Positions 27,633 through 41,180 of a stretch of DNA of 60,630 nt are shown here, in pieces. A program made the position numbers and the translations under genes. Origin of the DNA: Enoplolaimus lenunculus (lineage: Eukaryota). The stretch lies in the NCBI GenBank assembly GCA_030248215.1, contig JASANG010002067.1:434001-494630 (forward strand), given 5' to 3'. The notes beneath the pieces are model-generated. The model made no database searches. It was not told the origin of the DNA and worked only from the letters and a program-made list of their open reading frames with translations. The first letter of the stretch is position 1, and every line of letters begins with the position of its first letter.

Positions 27633-30600
27633 TCATTTGTGTCCGCTATCAAAACGGCCCAATTTGTTCGCATCGCCTGGTGCTGGCTGGTCAATTCTAT
27701 ATATCCAATCAGCTGGTGCAAAATAACCATCATATTCCATTAAGTCCGGCGTCGTATCATAATGATAGTGCCCACCTTGACCATGTTCGCTAAACCCATG
27801 AGTGTGCTCCAGTCGCAAGTCTAAGTCGCCCTAAACATTTTAATCTATATATTTTACACAAATTTATTTCATGTTTTGAAATTCATAACCGCGACGAAGT
27901 AACAGAATCAAATAGATGAGTTTATTCTTTATTTCGCACACACTTAAAACTGTTATGAAGTCTGCCTTTTTTGCATTTGATTTTGACTTCTGTAATACAA
28001 ATTTGTAGCATAGGAAGCTTTGGTGAACGTCGAATGTCCGAATTGCTATTTGCTCATAATACCATAGGGCAATCAGAACCTGCTTCCGGTACATATCTAA
28101 TAGCACACACTAATGTTTACCGTGTCACTTGAAACAATTACACTGCAACAAAGCATTGGAGCATCGAATTCATAAAACTTGAGCCATCGGCAAATGTCAT
28201 CTTCTGTTTTCAAAGGATGTGAGGCAAAGTCAGGCTGAAATAATGAAACATCAGAATGTAAAAAATACCTGTTTTACCCCCACAACCAGCACCACGTGTG
28301 GGTGGTGGGGGTCCGGTTTCAACCCTGTGAGTTTGATAGGGGTGCGGTTTTACCCCAGTAGGGGAGTGTGGGGTGTAGTTTTACACCAGTGGGGGCATTT
28401 GGGGGCAGACGTACTACTAATTATGGAACCTGAAGTGTGATCGGCGTCGACAACAGGATGCTGTTGGCTGAACTATACAAAAGGGAGACGATGCTGATGT
28501 TGCTAGGGAGATATTTTGTGCGCACCGAGCCTCAATCAAATGTTCAATTATTTGCTGCTGGGTTTTAACCAGGTTGTTAAATTTTTTGGCCCATGTTACT
28601 TTCAGGAGCGTCCCGTTTTCTTGCGGGACAGCAATAGTGCTGGAGAGCAGCATTTGCTATTCCTGTTTGTGCATGCATACGCGAAGATTATTAAACTTTG
28701 TTAAATTTTGTGACTAAACAACTCGCATTTATAAGTCATATCTCAGTAATAATTTTTAGTACGATATATATCATGCGTAACGTCTATGACCCATGTGCTA
28801 CAAATTTTCTTTCAATTGCCGATGTTATATTTTTTGGTTCAGCCCTTACGATATATATCATGCGTAACGTCTGACGCGAATTGTCAATAATGTGCAAATA
28901 ATCATCCTATTCACTTTTGCAATCAAAGTTTGATGTACAAAATAGGAACTTCATTTCAAATATAGCCGAAAACAATTAATACGCACAATTTTATAGGTAT
29001 CAAATCTAATGCATTTATTTTGAATTAGTTTTGATGTGGGCTACAACTTGGATTCGTTATTCATTTGGTACAATTTGTCTAATAAACACTCAAGATACCA
29101 AAATTAGTTTTCACCGAATTCACGAATTGAAGTATGAAGCACATTTAAAGTGTAGAGAAACTGTGGTCAAACTATAAGTCATATCATAACTACATTTCTA
29201 AACTTGTGCAGGACACGTTGCAAAGGTTACAATAAAACACCTGCCACTACTGCCACAAGAAATAGGTTCAAAATTGTCACGTGAAAGGTCATGCGGATGC
29301 ATCCACAAACTTGTTTAAGTGCACAATTGAAGCTCAATGTGAAAAAAAGAAAATATTCAAAGCATAACTGAAAATCTCAAATTTGTGATGACAAATTCTG
29401 TAATACAGCCACCTGACGGTAAACCGGAAACCAAAGAGCAAAACAGCAGATGACAATCCAGCAGGAATTCAACAACATGGGGTCATGCAGATGCATCCTC
29501 AATACTGCGGAGTACACAATTAACCTGACAAGTTCGAAACGAAAACATAGAACAGCTGCTAGTGAGCAATGTAAAAACTCCGCAATGTCTTGTGGAACAA
29601 GCCCCAAAGTTTTGACAAATAATTTTCATTAGTTCAAAACGGAACGCACAGTTCTCATCTCAATGTTGCTTATTTGCACAGTATTCTTTGTAAAATTTGT
29701 CAATGTTTGCAACTTTCAGCCACAATCACAACGTTTCAACACTACAAATACTGAGAACTGGTAAACAGTTCCATTCTTATGACAGATATTCACAGACTGT
29801 GTATTCAACAACAGCATAAAATCAACACGTGCCGGCGGCATATCCGCAAAAAGGTTTCCCAAAGCAACAATCATAAATCATATGCTTGAACTTCACATCA
29901 TCTCAAAAGTTGCTGGTAAACGTTTCGTCACGGCAGATTTTAAACATGCTATGAAATTGGCATTGGAACGCGCACAAAGATATATTTATGCCAAAGGACG
30001 AATTAAGTTTTTATTTCAATTCAACAAGCCTATTGGACTTACTCCTTAGAACTCAAACGGCTACTATTTAATGGTAATCACAAACTTAGCGGACACTGTC
30101 ATTACACTGCATCGTGATCAAAAACGATAGTAACGAGCAAATCTGCAGTAAAAGAATAGAATTCTCAGACTGGTTACAATCTAATTTTTAATGCACATTA
30201 TACACGTATTGGTTATAGGCAGATGCTAGAAATTGTTTATTACTACTGCGAAACCTACTTGAAAAGAACTTTGTCGTGAATAAATTCTTAATATCAAACC
30301 AAACTGATGTTAATAGTGTGAAATACAAGGATAAATGCTTTTCTCTTGTATAAATTTCAATAGTTCTTAATTCATAGTCTTAAACATAACACTTAGACCC
30401 ACAATCTTTGTCCAACACTCAGTTATATATAAAAACAGTACGAATATATTTTGTTTCTTCATGCTATGATATTTTCAGTAATAAAATATATTAAATAGTT
30501 TTACTAATTTCATATGTTTCCAAAGTTTATCATGTTGTAATCGGCATCTATCTTACTTTATGCGTCGAGTAACATCTATATAACATGCAGTAAACGTATG

Positions 30601-33600
30601 TATAGCCTATAATTTGCAATTGCTTTGAAAATTCTCTATGGTATGCAGTACACGTAACCTTTCCCAATCTATAAGTTCTATTACAACTTAACATTAAAAC
30701 CTATCACGAGCTTCAAGTATCGATATTTTGCTTCAACCCGTGATTTTTAATATCATGACTAAGGTTCAACAGCACTTTCTTTTCAAAATATCCTCTGTGC
30801 TCTGCCAAAACCTATATTAAATATCCACATAAATTTTTATTGATCGCTTGCATCATTATACTTAAACTTAATGGATTTTAAATGGCTCATAGCCCCATGC
30901 ATTATCTTTGCGTGATAATTTCAACAGCTGTTTTGTCTTTTGAAATACAAAACTGAAGGTTAGGGGAATTTAATTGCACAGCGCAAAAGTAGTGTATTTT
31001 CACACATTTTTTCGAATCAAGACTTTTGTTGTACATAGGTGATGCTGAATTTTATTTGGTAGGACATACATAACTTTAAGGAAATGACACAGCGTGTATG
31101 GATACCACTGGGTACGTGGATCTGTTAAGTGGGAATATTTTTGAGCGAAAGCCCGAAGGACGCGGAATTTTAGCACATCGGGTCGGAAGCCACCACTCTA
31201 TTTTTCTTACTTGATGCGATCTATTGTTTGTTATTTGTATATGTATTGAGGTATTAAGAATTTGTTTTAGAGCAGAATGGATGCGTAAATTAATGTTTTT
31301 ATCAAAAAATTGCATGATGTTTGACTAAATTTTAGACACGAAAAAAATTTTGGACATTTATGGCGGCATTATGGTTTATAACGAAAACAATCAAATATGC
31401 TATCCAATTTTGGTGAAGGCAGTATGGACTGTGTTGGGCCTATGGAATTCTTATGTTAAGTTCGGGTGTTGCCGAGAAAAGGATCCTTTCTGATATGGAA
31501 CTGCGTGAGCTCTCTCTACGGCTTTAACGTATCTGTGTTGTCCCTCGGTACCGTTCAGGCTATGTTTAAGTTGCCTTGCAACATCTTAATGAGGACATCA
31601 AGCCTAAAGAAGGGGGAATGTAGGGATACCACTGGATCCGTGAATACGCCATTTGGGAATATTTTTCAGGTACAGCCCGAAGAACGCTGAATTTTAGCGC
31701 ATCGGGTCATAAACCACCACTTTAAAATTTGTGAGCCGTAGCGGTATGTTTTGCTGTTGGATTCAAGTATGTGACGCGCGGGTGTAGCATTCCGCGGGCG
31801 TGAAGTTCGGTGGTTTCAATTTTAGATATAAGAGCTCGACGAGAGATCGCAGGTGGGTAGAAAAGACGGGTAAAGTCGAATCATTCTGTGTTTTAGGTTT
31901 CCATAATGTTGTTGTTGTTATTGTTTTCTTGTTGCTGCTTTCTTTTTTACATTTCTCGGTCAAAGATTTCCTACCGGTTTTCAAAAATTATGCAAAAATT
32001 GCAAAAATTTCAAGAAGCTTATGCGCTTCCGATTATGCAAATTGGCATTAGCCATCTGACAGGGTATGAAAGAAACTGTCTATTTGACAATTTAGGCATT
32101 CAGTCTGCTTTCATCCTCGGTTGCCAGTACGGTACCAAATTTCAGCTGATGCCCATTCGAGTTATTTTACTGGTTTTTATGTTTTCATGCTTTCGGATTT
32201 TTAGACAGGTGTGGCCAACTTCAAGAAAGAAGTCGGTTGCAGTAAGCCTTGTTTATTGGGACAATGCGGCATAACCTAGTAACGATGCGTATGCATAATG
32301 TCTCCACGGTGTAAATTCAATAAATTACAGGTTTCTGTTTTCGTAAGAACCTAAGTCTAAAATTGTTTTGGAGGTTTTCCTTTCAATTTTGTTGCAGGAG
32401 CTGATTGTGATATATGTTTTACCCGTTTATATTTGTTCTGTTGTTAGGCTGCAGCCATTCCCGCTGGACGGAATTTTTTGTGTTAAACCTGACCCGGTGA
32501 GTTCGATTCATGGCGAGCGAAACCGAGTAAATTTTGTTGTTATAATCCGAATGCGAAAAATTCGTTCTTTGTGAATATCATCCTTTTTCTTTGATATCCT
32601 CTTTATTTTTCGGGCCCTGACTATTTTTCAACTGTAATGCATATAAAATTTTTAACTGTCCTAGAAATGGACGGTGTGGGTCCCCCATTTTCATTTTCAT
32701 TCTTTGTCCAACACCTTTTACCAAAAATTTGTTTTTCCCCGCACTTCGAACTTTTTCGTGCCAACCGGACGGTTGAGATGATGGCCAGCAACGGTGGTGA
32801 GAAGTTTTTTCCAGGGGAAAGAATGCGCTAGGGTATGAGTCTCCTAGACCCTAAATTTCTTTTTGACATAATTTGAGTGTTTCGATACGTAAAGTTAGCA
32901 GCCGCCTTCATATCATAGTCCACAAACACGCAGAATATTGTTTCTTTTCATGTAAATTTCCAAATTTTTATGATCTTTTGTGAGTGGACACGTAAATACA
33001 GTACCTTGGACCAAGTTTACAATAACCACATAAACTCCATTTTTATTCCAAGGCGTTATACCGATACTCTTATTAAACTTGCATACAAACTCAATCCGTA
33101 TATTATGTTCATATATTTGTTCACATTGTATCGCGCATTTTATAACTTGTTTGTAGTTAGCCGCTATAAAACCTTTTCTTGGAATTTTTCATGTTGCATG
33201 TAAACGTAACATATGGGGCGAGATTATAACGTTGGAAATCTTTTGGGGTAGGTTTGAATAGTTTTACAACCTTTGGTTTTGGAGGAATATATACTCCAGG
33301 CCAAGATTGGCTACGTATTAAAGAGTTGCAGCAAAAATAGTGGTTTGATTTGATGAGTAGTTTGGCGATGAATATAACGTTTGGTCACAACAATTTGAGT
33401 GTGTATAAAGAAACTGTTGTGTTAAATGTCAGGTTTTGAACCTTTGCTCGACAATTTTTGAAAATGTACCCAAGTGACCTTAACTCTACTTATGTTTATA
33501 ACAACTGTTTTTGGTATACTTCGCAATCTTTTATCCTTGTTGCTTCCTGAACTTCTGTGCTAATTTTCTAGTTTGAACATTAAATTGACTTTTCCACGAC

Positions 33601-36600
33601 GTTGCGGATGTTTCCGGATAATATTTTTAAATTTCATTTGGTAAACTTTGTTTCGGATTGGGTTAAGCAACAGCTGTTGTAGGTTTTGGTTTCTGAGTAC
33701 TCTACAGTTTTGGGGATGCATCCACATGTGATCAATTTGAACTGTCTGTATGATATAGTTTATTTCTTGGTCGATCGTTACCAGATGTTTTATTCCTTGG
33801 TTTCTGATTTAGCGTCACATGGGTGTATTGTAGAATTTGGTGGAATTGGACCACCTGTTTTTACTTTGTATTTTTGGTTAACCATTTGAAACTTTTGCTC
33901 CACAGCTTAGGGGACGCATTCACATCACCTTTGAAGTTTTGCGTTGTACTTTAATTATAACCCAGCACCACTGGGGTACTAGGGCATCCCACACTAGGGT
34001 AAAACTGTATCCCCCATTGGAATAAAATCGCACCCCCACGTACACTCCAACATTGGAGTAAAACCGCATCCCCACATAATCCGCCACAGAGGTTACATCC
34101 GACCTTCAAACCCCTTGGCGCAAACCGCACCCCCACATTCCCCACTGGGATAAAACCACCCCACGTGGCGGTCAGGGGGGGGAAATCGGCATTTTATTTA
34201 ATAACATCTTTCTGTAAAATGGAAACTAAAAGATAGAACAAGAACTTTTCTAGTATAGCATGTAGCATGGTATTTAAAATTCAAACTTATTTATAATACC
34301 AATTTACCAGCCAATATTTTGTAAACGTACATAATTATGCATTCAGAAATCTTTAAATCGCTCCACTGACGAGGCGTCAGAAACGAAGGAGGTCGCTGAA
34401 TCTTCGTTTTTGCGAAATTTCACATACGAGTCAAAACAGAATGACAAAATATTTTCAAGTTGTCCGTTTCCGTATGTTTTTCTCATTTAACTTGAGTCCC
34501 AAGCTCGAATCTATGCGTTTATTAGGCGCAAACTTTTAGCATATGAATTATTTTATAATTTTTACCATTATGTGCATCTTGCAGCGGCCACGCTTGATTA
34601 TAAACGTTCCGCCAAGTGCAACAACGTTTGGAGTATAGGCCAACGCTAAAGCATTTTTCATGTCAGTTATAAAATTTTGATGTCCAGTTCGCTTACGTGC
34701 CGTCACATGTAATACCTGTAACTTCAAAATATCTTTATTTGTAAATCTAAATTAAATAAATTATAGCACAATTCAAAAGGTATTTTTATGGCCGTAACAG
34801 TACTATAAGCATATTCCTAAGCCTAAGCCTAAGCCTAACCGTAAGAATAACCTTATACCTGACCTTAAGCGTAAGTAAAAATATGCGTAAACCTTGCTTA
34901 CCTTATGGCAGACCTGTAGAAAAACATTCCACCTCTGATCTTTACATTGGCGGAAGTTTTCACAGAGTGTGATATAAACCAATACGAAAATAAGAATAAA
35001 TTTGCCTATTCGAGTTCAAATACTGTAGTGACCCGAATAAGAGGGAGAAACTGATATTTATTTGGCCTCTCCAGAGGGTACCCCCTGTTATTCGGTTACA
35101 GACTGTTATTTATTTTCAACCCGCCCTCCTCCCCTTCGTTACTGACATATCCGGTACTGCAAATATTCGTTGAATGAAATGTTTTTGCCTTACATCAAAA
35201 GCTTGAGCGATAATGCAAGGTTATATCCTTTCAAAACTGAAGTACGTTATAAAGTTTTGAACTCGACTTTATTTGGTCCTGGAGTCATTTATGCGCTACA
35301 ATAAGGAAGAATTGGCATTTATGGACTCTAATTAGGGTTTAGGTACTGTACACAATTATGGACTCTTATTAGGGACACAGAGTCCTATCGATTGGGACTC
35401 AAAATGGGGACCGCCCTCTTATTACCACTTTCTTATTCGGGTCATTACAATCAACGTTGAATTTTTAAATTTCAACTTGTATAGGTACGCTACTTTTATT
35501 TGTGCTAAACGTGCTGATGTTCCATAGTTTACACCGCCAAAACCGTACCTACGCCGTTAAAAACTGACACACAATTGCATGCAGAAAAGTTTTATTTTCT
35601 ACATAGAATAACACTGCGAGAAAAATCAAATTTACCTGTCCAGGTTTGCCTTCGGAAAGGAATAGATTAGCTAAAATAGCAAAGTGTCCAGTTGTCTCAG
35701 TTTTAAGAGTAACGGACGATTCAGTTCCTGTTGTTTCGACAGTATAATTTCGATACATCTTTACATCTGTTTCTAATCTAGAGTTGACAATCATCTGGAA
35801 TGTTGGAAATGAAAAACAACCAAAAACTTTTTAAATTTAATATACGAGTGAGTTCAATTAAATAGTTGTGGTAAAAGCATCAGTTTTAGAACTGCACCAT
35901 TAAATTAAAAACGTTGGGTCTCTTCTGTATCACCCTTAGGTGTTTGATAAATTCGAATCTTTCACAATTCAACTTTGGGCGTGAAACGAAAAATGTCTCG
36001 ACAACCTATAAGTCAACATTTTCGAAATTTGACCATTTTGCACAAAATTCAATTAAAAAACCTGTATATTCACTTAAAAACAGAAGGTATATATTGCGAA
36101 GGCCCAAATAGCAGATTGGCCTAGGCCAAATAGCGATTATAAGATGCTGCAAAACAACAGTAATGTAAAACCAACGCTGATTGGTTTAACGGTACTGTGC
36201 TTATTCAAATAACCAAATCTGATTGGTCTGTATCTTTAATAGCAGTTTATCCTAGGCCAAACTGCTATACCCAAAATAGCAGATTGGCCTAGGCCAATTA
36301 ATAATTGGCCTGGATAGCACATTGGCCTACTACATATATATTATCCATCCAGATGCATTGGAAGCAAAAATTAAAATAAGGTTGCATTATCGCTAACTGG
36401 TGATAGAAATGTTTTAATACGAGCATCTCATTACAATGGTACACTGTTTCTAACTTAGTAATCGGAAAACATATATAATAACGGCAAGTGTACGCTTTCA
36501 CCTCATACACAAGCTTAAGCATACACTTAAGAAAACGTGTAAACCTAAGCCTAATCCTGCACCTAAGTTAAGCCCATCTGAAGAGGCCAAGCCAGCCCTA

Positions 36601-39600
36601 TAATACATACAGGCACGTGGCAACATGGGTGTCTGGGGTATCAATCGACACCTTCAAAAATACCAATGCGTCGCTGACACCGCTAAAACGCCATGATACA
36701 ACTAAACGCTCGCGGAAACTGAAAAGCTTCGTGTTTAAACGTAAAACTTTTAATACAAAGTTGGCTCGCGTGATCTCAGACCCACCCAAACCAAAATTCT
36801 GAAGAACACTCCGTTTTCGGGTTAAGTGCAGCGCCCATGTTTCACACGTAAATGTTTTACTTCACAATTGCTGCCGACGTTATGCCACGGTCCAGCTGCG
36901 GCTCCAATCACAAAAGCATTAGGTAAATCGCACTGCATTACAATATCATGCAAGGAATATTTCTAAAAGTTATTATATATTATTCAATGTAGAAGACGGG
37001 TTAAGGACTTTTGAACTTCAGAAGATAGTCTGGCAATCCATATGTGCGATCTTATAAATTCAAATGATTCAAATATAATGCTAGAAGACCGTAACCGTTA
37101 TATATCGACATTTCATAACAAATTTTCCTCATTTAAAATGAAAAATGTAAATGAAAGCTTTATTGTTTTCAATTGAAAATGAAATAAGGATCGCGGAAAT
37201 AAACTTAAATTGACAATTTACAATTCGACATGGGTGTGACGTGATGTCGAAAACAAAACATAAAACACGCTATATAGAAACATACCTTATTTTTAAAAGG
37301 AACTGGGCACATATACGCGGGCGACCCAACTTCAACAATTCTTCGAGAACCACACAAGCCTGCAATAAGAAGCAGTCAGGTATGATTCTGTGCAAAACAT
37401 GAAATAAACCATTGTGTTGTTTAGAATTTTCAAAACGCTGAAATACATCGGGGTATAATCTGTTGGCCCCCTAGAAATTTTTCAACCTTTTTAAGTCATC
37501 TGAAATCGATACGTGTGTATTAACACTGCGAACTTAAATTTACTACCGTCACCACTCTGGAGAACGATTTATTAAGTTCGTGGTTACCAAAGCAAGCGGA
37601 AACTCTACTCTTCTTACAATAGAAATAGTACGGTTGATATCTAAATAACTTAATTAAACTCAGGACCCATGGAAGAAACCAATGCTTCGCTAACTGACAC
37701 CCCAAAATACTTGTAGTCAACATCATATAAACCAACGATTTCATTTTCAACTCGATAAAGTACACAACTATATTGTTATCCCAATTCACACCAAAAATTA
37801 GTCAAAAAAGCCACTTAGGCTTTACAAAATATCGTACGCAACGGGCTCCAAATGCTCTTATCTCAAAAATACCATACAGTTATTGGACTCTAAACGTTCA
37901 CTTCGCGTGCTACTATAACAAACAACTCCTCAAAATTGATCGCCACTTAGGCTTTACAAAATATCGTACGCAACGGGCTCCAAATTCTCTTATCTCAAAA
38001 ATACCGTACAGTTATTGGACTCTAAACGTTCACTTCGCGTGCTACTATAACAAATAACTCCTCTCCGAAAATTCATTAACTCCACAACATGCACACCGCT
38101 AAGCCGTTGTAGCCTTGGCTACCATCTCGCACTGATCTTCTAAACAACATATTTTGTGGAACCTTTGAAAATTTACACAACTAATATAAAGGAGCGCACC
38201 CCACTGATGAATGCGCTCTTGGGAACAGTCAGTTGGAGAAAACATCTTGCGTGAAGCGTGCGAGAAGCAAGACCCATTTTTGTACGAAGTCATAAGGTAA
38301 ACTTTTAAATTTGGTATGCCTGCGGCAAACATCGGCGCACCAAATGATGTATATGTCGTAGCCACCGCGCCAGTTTAGCCATATCGCCAATGTGGCTAGC
38401 CACAACACCAATTCTCATCACAGTGGTTAGTGCAGCAGCAGCAGGTGCCTGATTGGTTCATCTATTGTTTAATTCAGAGTTTCTCCTTGCAGCACGTAGT
38501 ATATCGCGCCACTCAAAAAACACCAAATGCTCCCAGCAATAAAAATGCGCTACAAAACCATTGACCAATCACTGCTCGATATAAAAACGATTGTTAAGTT
38601 TGAAAACCTGCAATGGATTTAACCCGGAACAAAAGTGGTAAGCAGGGTGCAACCGGAATTCCGGTTCCGGCATTTTTTCTTCTTCCGGTTCCGGTTCCGG
38701 TAAAATTTTACCGGATTTAAAAATTCCGGTATTATAATTTGGCCGTTTTCTTAACTTTGCTAATTTTTTAAGAATCTCTTTTGAAAGCCACTTGTACTCC
38801 GAATATAAGCCATTGATGGTGGATTTCACTTCAGTCGATGATGAAAATCTAAAATACAACAAATAAAATAAATAACTATGTTCGACTAAGGTTATTTCAC
38901 AAATAATAGAGCAAAAAATAAGATTAAAATGAAATTTTTGGTGAAATGCATTTTTCACTTTCCGGTTTCGGTTCCGGTTCCGGTAAAATTTTCAAATTCC
39001 GGTTCCAGTTCCGGTAAATTGTAATTCCGGTTGCACCCTGGTGGTAAGGTAGTGACTACATCGACTTGAAACCATTTTCCATATACAACGAATAAAATTT
39101 TTTAATATAATGCCAAGTTCAGCATGAGTTCATTCTTGTGCGAAAACATAATCTATTTTTAAACACAAACTCAATTATTACTAATTTATAAACTTAACTG
39201 GTGCTGCTAAGTTAAATGGTGGCTTCGTTAAATCTGGACAATCTTCTACCTTCACTATAGCATCAGCAAAGGTTTTACGTAAATGCGCTTGTAGTACTGA
39301 AAAAACAGTAAATGAAGCAAAGACCATGCTGTGCAACACACGATATTTACTAAATATCCTGACAGACTGCATAAAACAATGAATTTCAATACCATATAAC
39401 ATAGATTTTAATGATTAAAACAATTAAAAGATTACAAAAACCCGGTATTTCGAGTATTAAATTTGCACAAATTACAGAACGCTTTTAGCAGTCACAGAAG
39501 TCGAGCAATTAATAACTTCTGAATTATAGCAATAGATAGGTTAGCTTGTGTAATCACAAATGGCGAGCTGTATCCGAAGAACTTAACAATTTATCATATA

Positions 39601-39695
39601 CATTGTTCAAAAGTAACACCTTTCACTGTACCTTTAGCAAGTTCATTTAAATCAGGCTGATGTAGTTTAAGTTTCTTCACCTCAGTTTGATCCAT
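27633..39695 (-). CDS. C11orf54: C11orf54/PTD012 (DUF1907) zinc ester hydrolase-like protein, about 319 aa
   Basis: Exons 39632-39695, 39198-39296, 37286-37359, 36861-36962, 35636-35794, 34566-34715, 28121-28234, 27633-27830. Family motifs DCPDLTKPPF, GAAAGP, ANLFLSEGKPG, LGGTFII and DLRLEHTHGFSEHGQGGHYHYDTTPD (zinc-binding histidines). The intron 2 donor reads TTAAGT instead of GTAAGT (see findings). Confidence 0.9.
28262..34195. mobile_element. Large decayed TIR DNA transposon in intron 6 of the C11orf54-like gene (possibly Mutator-like)
   Basis: Ends are inverted-related: aaaatacctgttttacccccacaacc..ccacgtgtgggtggt versus the reverse complement aaaatgccgatttccccccc..accgccacgtggggtggt. 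Both ends carry subterminal GGGGTGCGGTTTTACCCCAGT-like repeats in opposite orientation. Only weak transposase-like fragments (ILMTD at 29773, FPKATI at 29855); no TSD seen. Confidence 0.6.
35021..35450. mobile_element. MITE with TACTGTAGTGACCCGAATAAG TIRs (Tc1/mariner-like TA context)
   Basis: TGTAGTGACCCGAATAAGA ... TCTTATTCGGGTCATTACA; a homologous copy starts at about 42300. Confidence 0.7.
37810..38061. repeat. Tandem duplication with 132-bp period, two near-identical copies
   Basis: gccacttaggctttacaaaatatcg...aactcctc starts at 37810 and at 37942. Confidence 0.9.
38643..39040. mobile_element. hAT-type MITE (same family as 7564 and 26409)
   Basis: Perfect TIRs CAGGGTGCAACCGGAATT and AATTCCGGTTGCACCCTG; perfect 8-bp TSD GTGGTAAG. 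Confidence 0.92.
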
Positions 39696-41180
39696 TGTAT
39701 CGTTATGCAATTAAAAATAAATTGAAGTAAAAATTTCTTTTATACTTGCTTGAGATATTTTATGAAATCAGATGCGTAGTACGCGGGGGGCAGCTCCCAA
39801 AATCTTCAAAAATATCCTCGCTTCGTTCGAGAGGTTTGTTTCACCGTAATTTACTGCGCCTCACCGTAGGTGGCACAAGTCGAAATTAGCTGCATCGCCC
39901 CTGAATCAACTTTTACACTTGTAGTCGATTTCGAACTTTGAAGTAAAATAATATGCACAGAGTTGAACAGAATGACTTAAAACCTAGCGTAACTATTGTT
40001 TACAATTAAATACTTCAGTTTAACGGTAAATCTAGTTAAAGTTGCTCCGAATACAGCCTCACCCGTTTTACCTCGGTATGTTATCAATGACTAAATGAAT
40101 ACATTGATAGCATTATATTAAACTAAAAATACTGCGGCGAAATATCTTTACACACCGCATAAAAAACCAACAAGTGCTTTCGAAACAATAATTTCAGTGT
40201 ATAAAATGTTTTGATGCATACACTAAAGCACTAATGACAACGAAGATAGTAGATGCACCACGATAAGCGGTATGCTGCAAGTTAATGTAAAAAGTAGAAG
40301 CTATGTCCCAGTGCCGCGTCTTAGGCCCTCCTACTACAACAAGAGGGACAGGCACCGGAGTCCCCGGCTAATTCGATTCATTATGCGATTTCAAAAACTT
40401 GAAAGCCATTGTCGCAATTCATTGTGTTATTCAAACTTTGTTTTCGCGCTCGTTAGGTTTCTTTTCCATTATGCAAAGCGTCCCCGCGTATGTGCCCATT
40501 ATTTTTGGATGTTAACTTGATGCGCCTTTGGTTTGTACATTCCAAGGGACCTTAATTGCGGGCGAGGCAAGTTTAGGGCAGCCACACCCCATATATTTCC
40601 CAGCCAGTTAAAAGAGAAACCGCCGTAGTCAAATACGCCTCTCTGCTCGCTCGCCACTTTTCACTCACTATTTTACCACGTCCGTAGCCAGCTAACCTTG
40701 CTAGGACGGTGCTGAAATTATTTTTGGGACTGCACACATGTTTCCGATGACTCGCAAGCGAATTTGAAGCTTTTCAGAAGGGTGGGAAAATTCTACTTGG
40801 GAAGATAACCGACCATTGCTGGCTTGACGGGCCTTAGAATAACGTCCAGACTGGCAAATGTTTATAAATGTTGACGCTCGCCGCGCTCAATTGCCGGCAC
40901 TATTTACTTTAATATTTTACGTATGCTCTCTTGAAATGAATTCAATGCCGGTGACAACAAAGGGCTAAGGGTGCGCCATGTGCCTTCCCACATGCGTTCC
41001 AACATGTGTTAATATTTTTTTCGCACCGTGTCCTCACAGGTATTGGAACCCGGACAATCATTGTAACTCCACGAAAATAACGTGGTCACGTGGATTCGTC
41101 AATGCGTTGGGGGCCCGTACCCTTAGAGTTGGGGGCAGCACCCACACATATAACCTAGCTGCGGCCTTGCTATGTTCGCA

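Noticed and set aside
37520..38560. Possible hAT transposase remnant on the minus strand
   Set aside because: Only vague fragments, with no catalytic motif or termini that I can support.
38569..38958. 129-aa ORF with PEPEPE repeats, and similar ORFs at 26340-26784
   Set aside because: These are translations of the AACCGG repeats of the hAT MITE.
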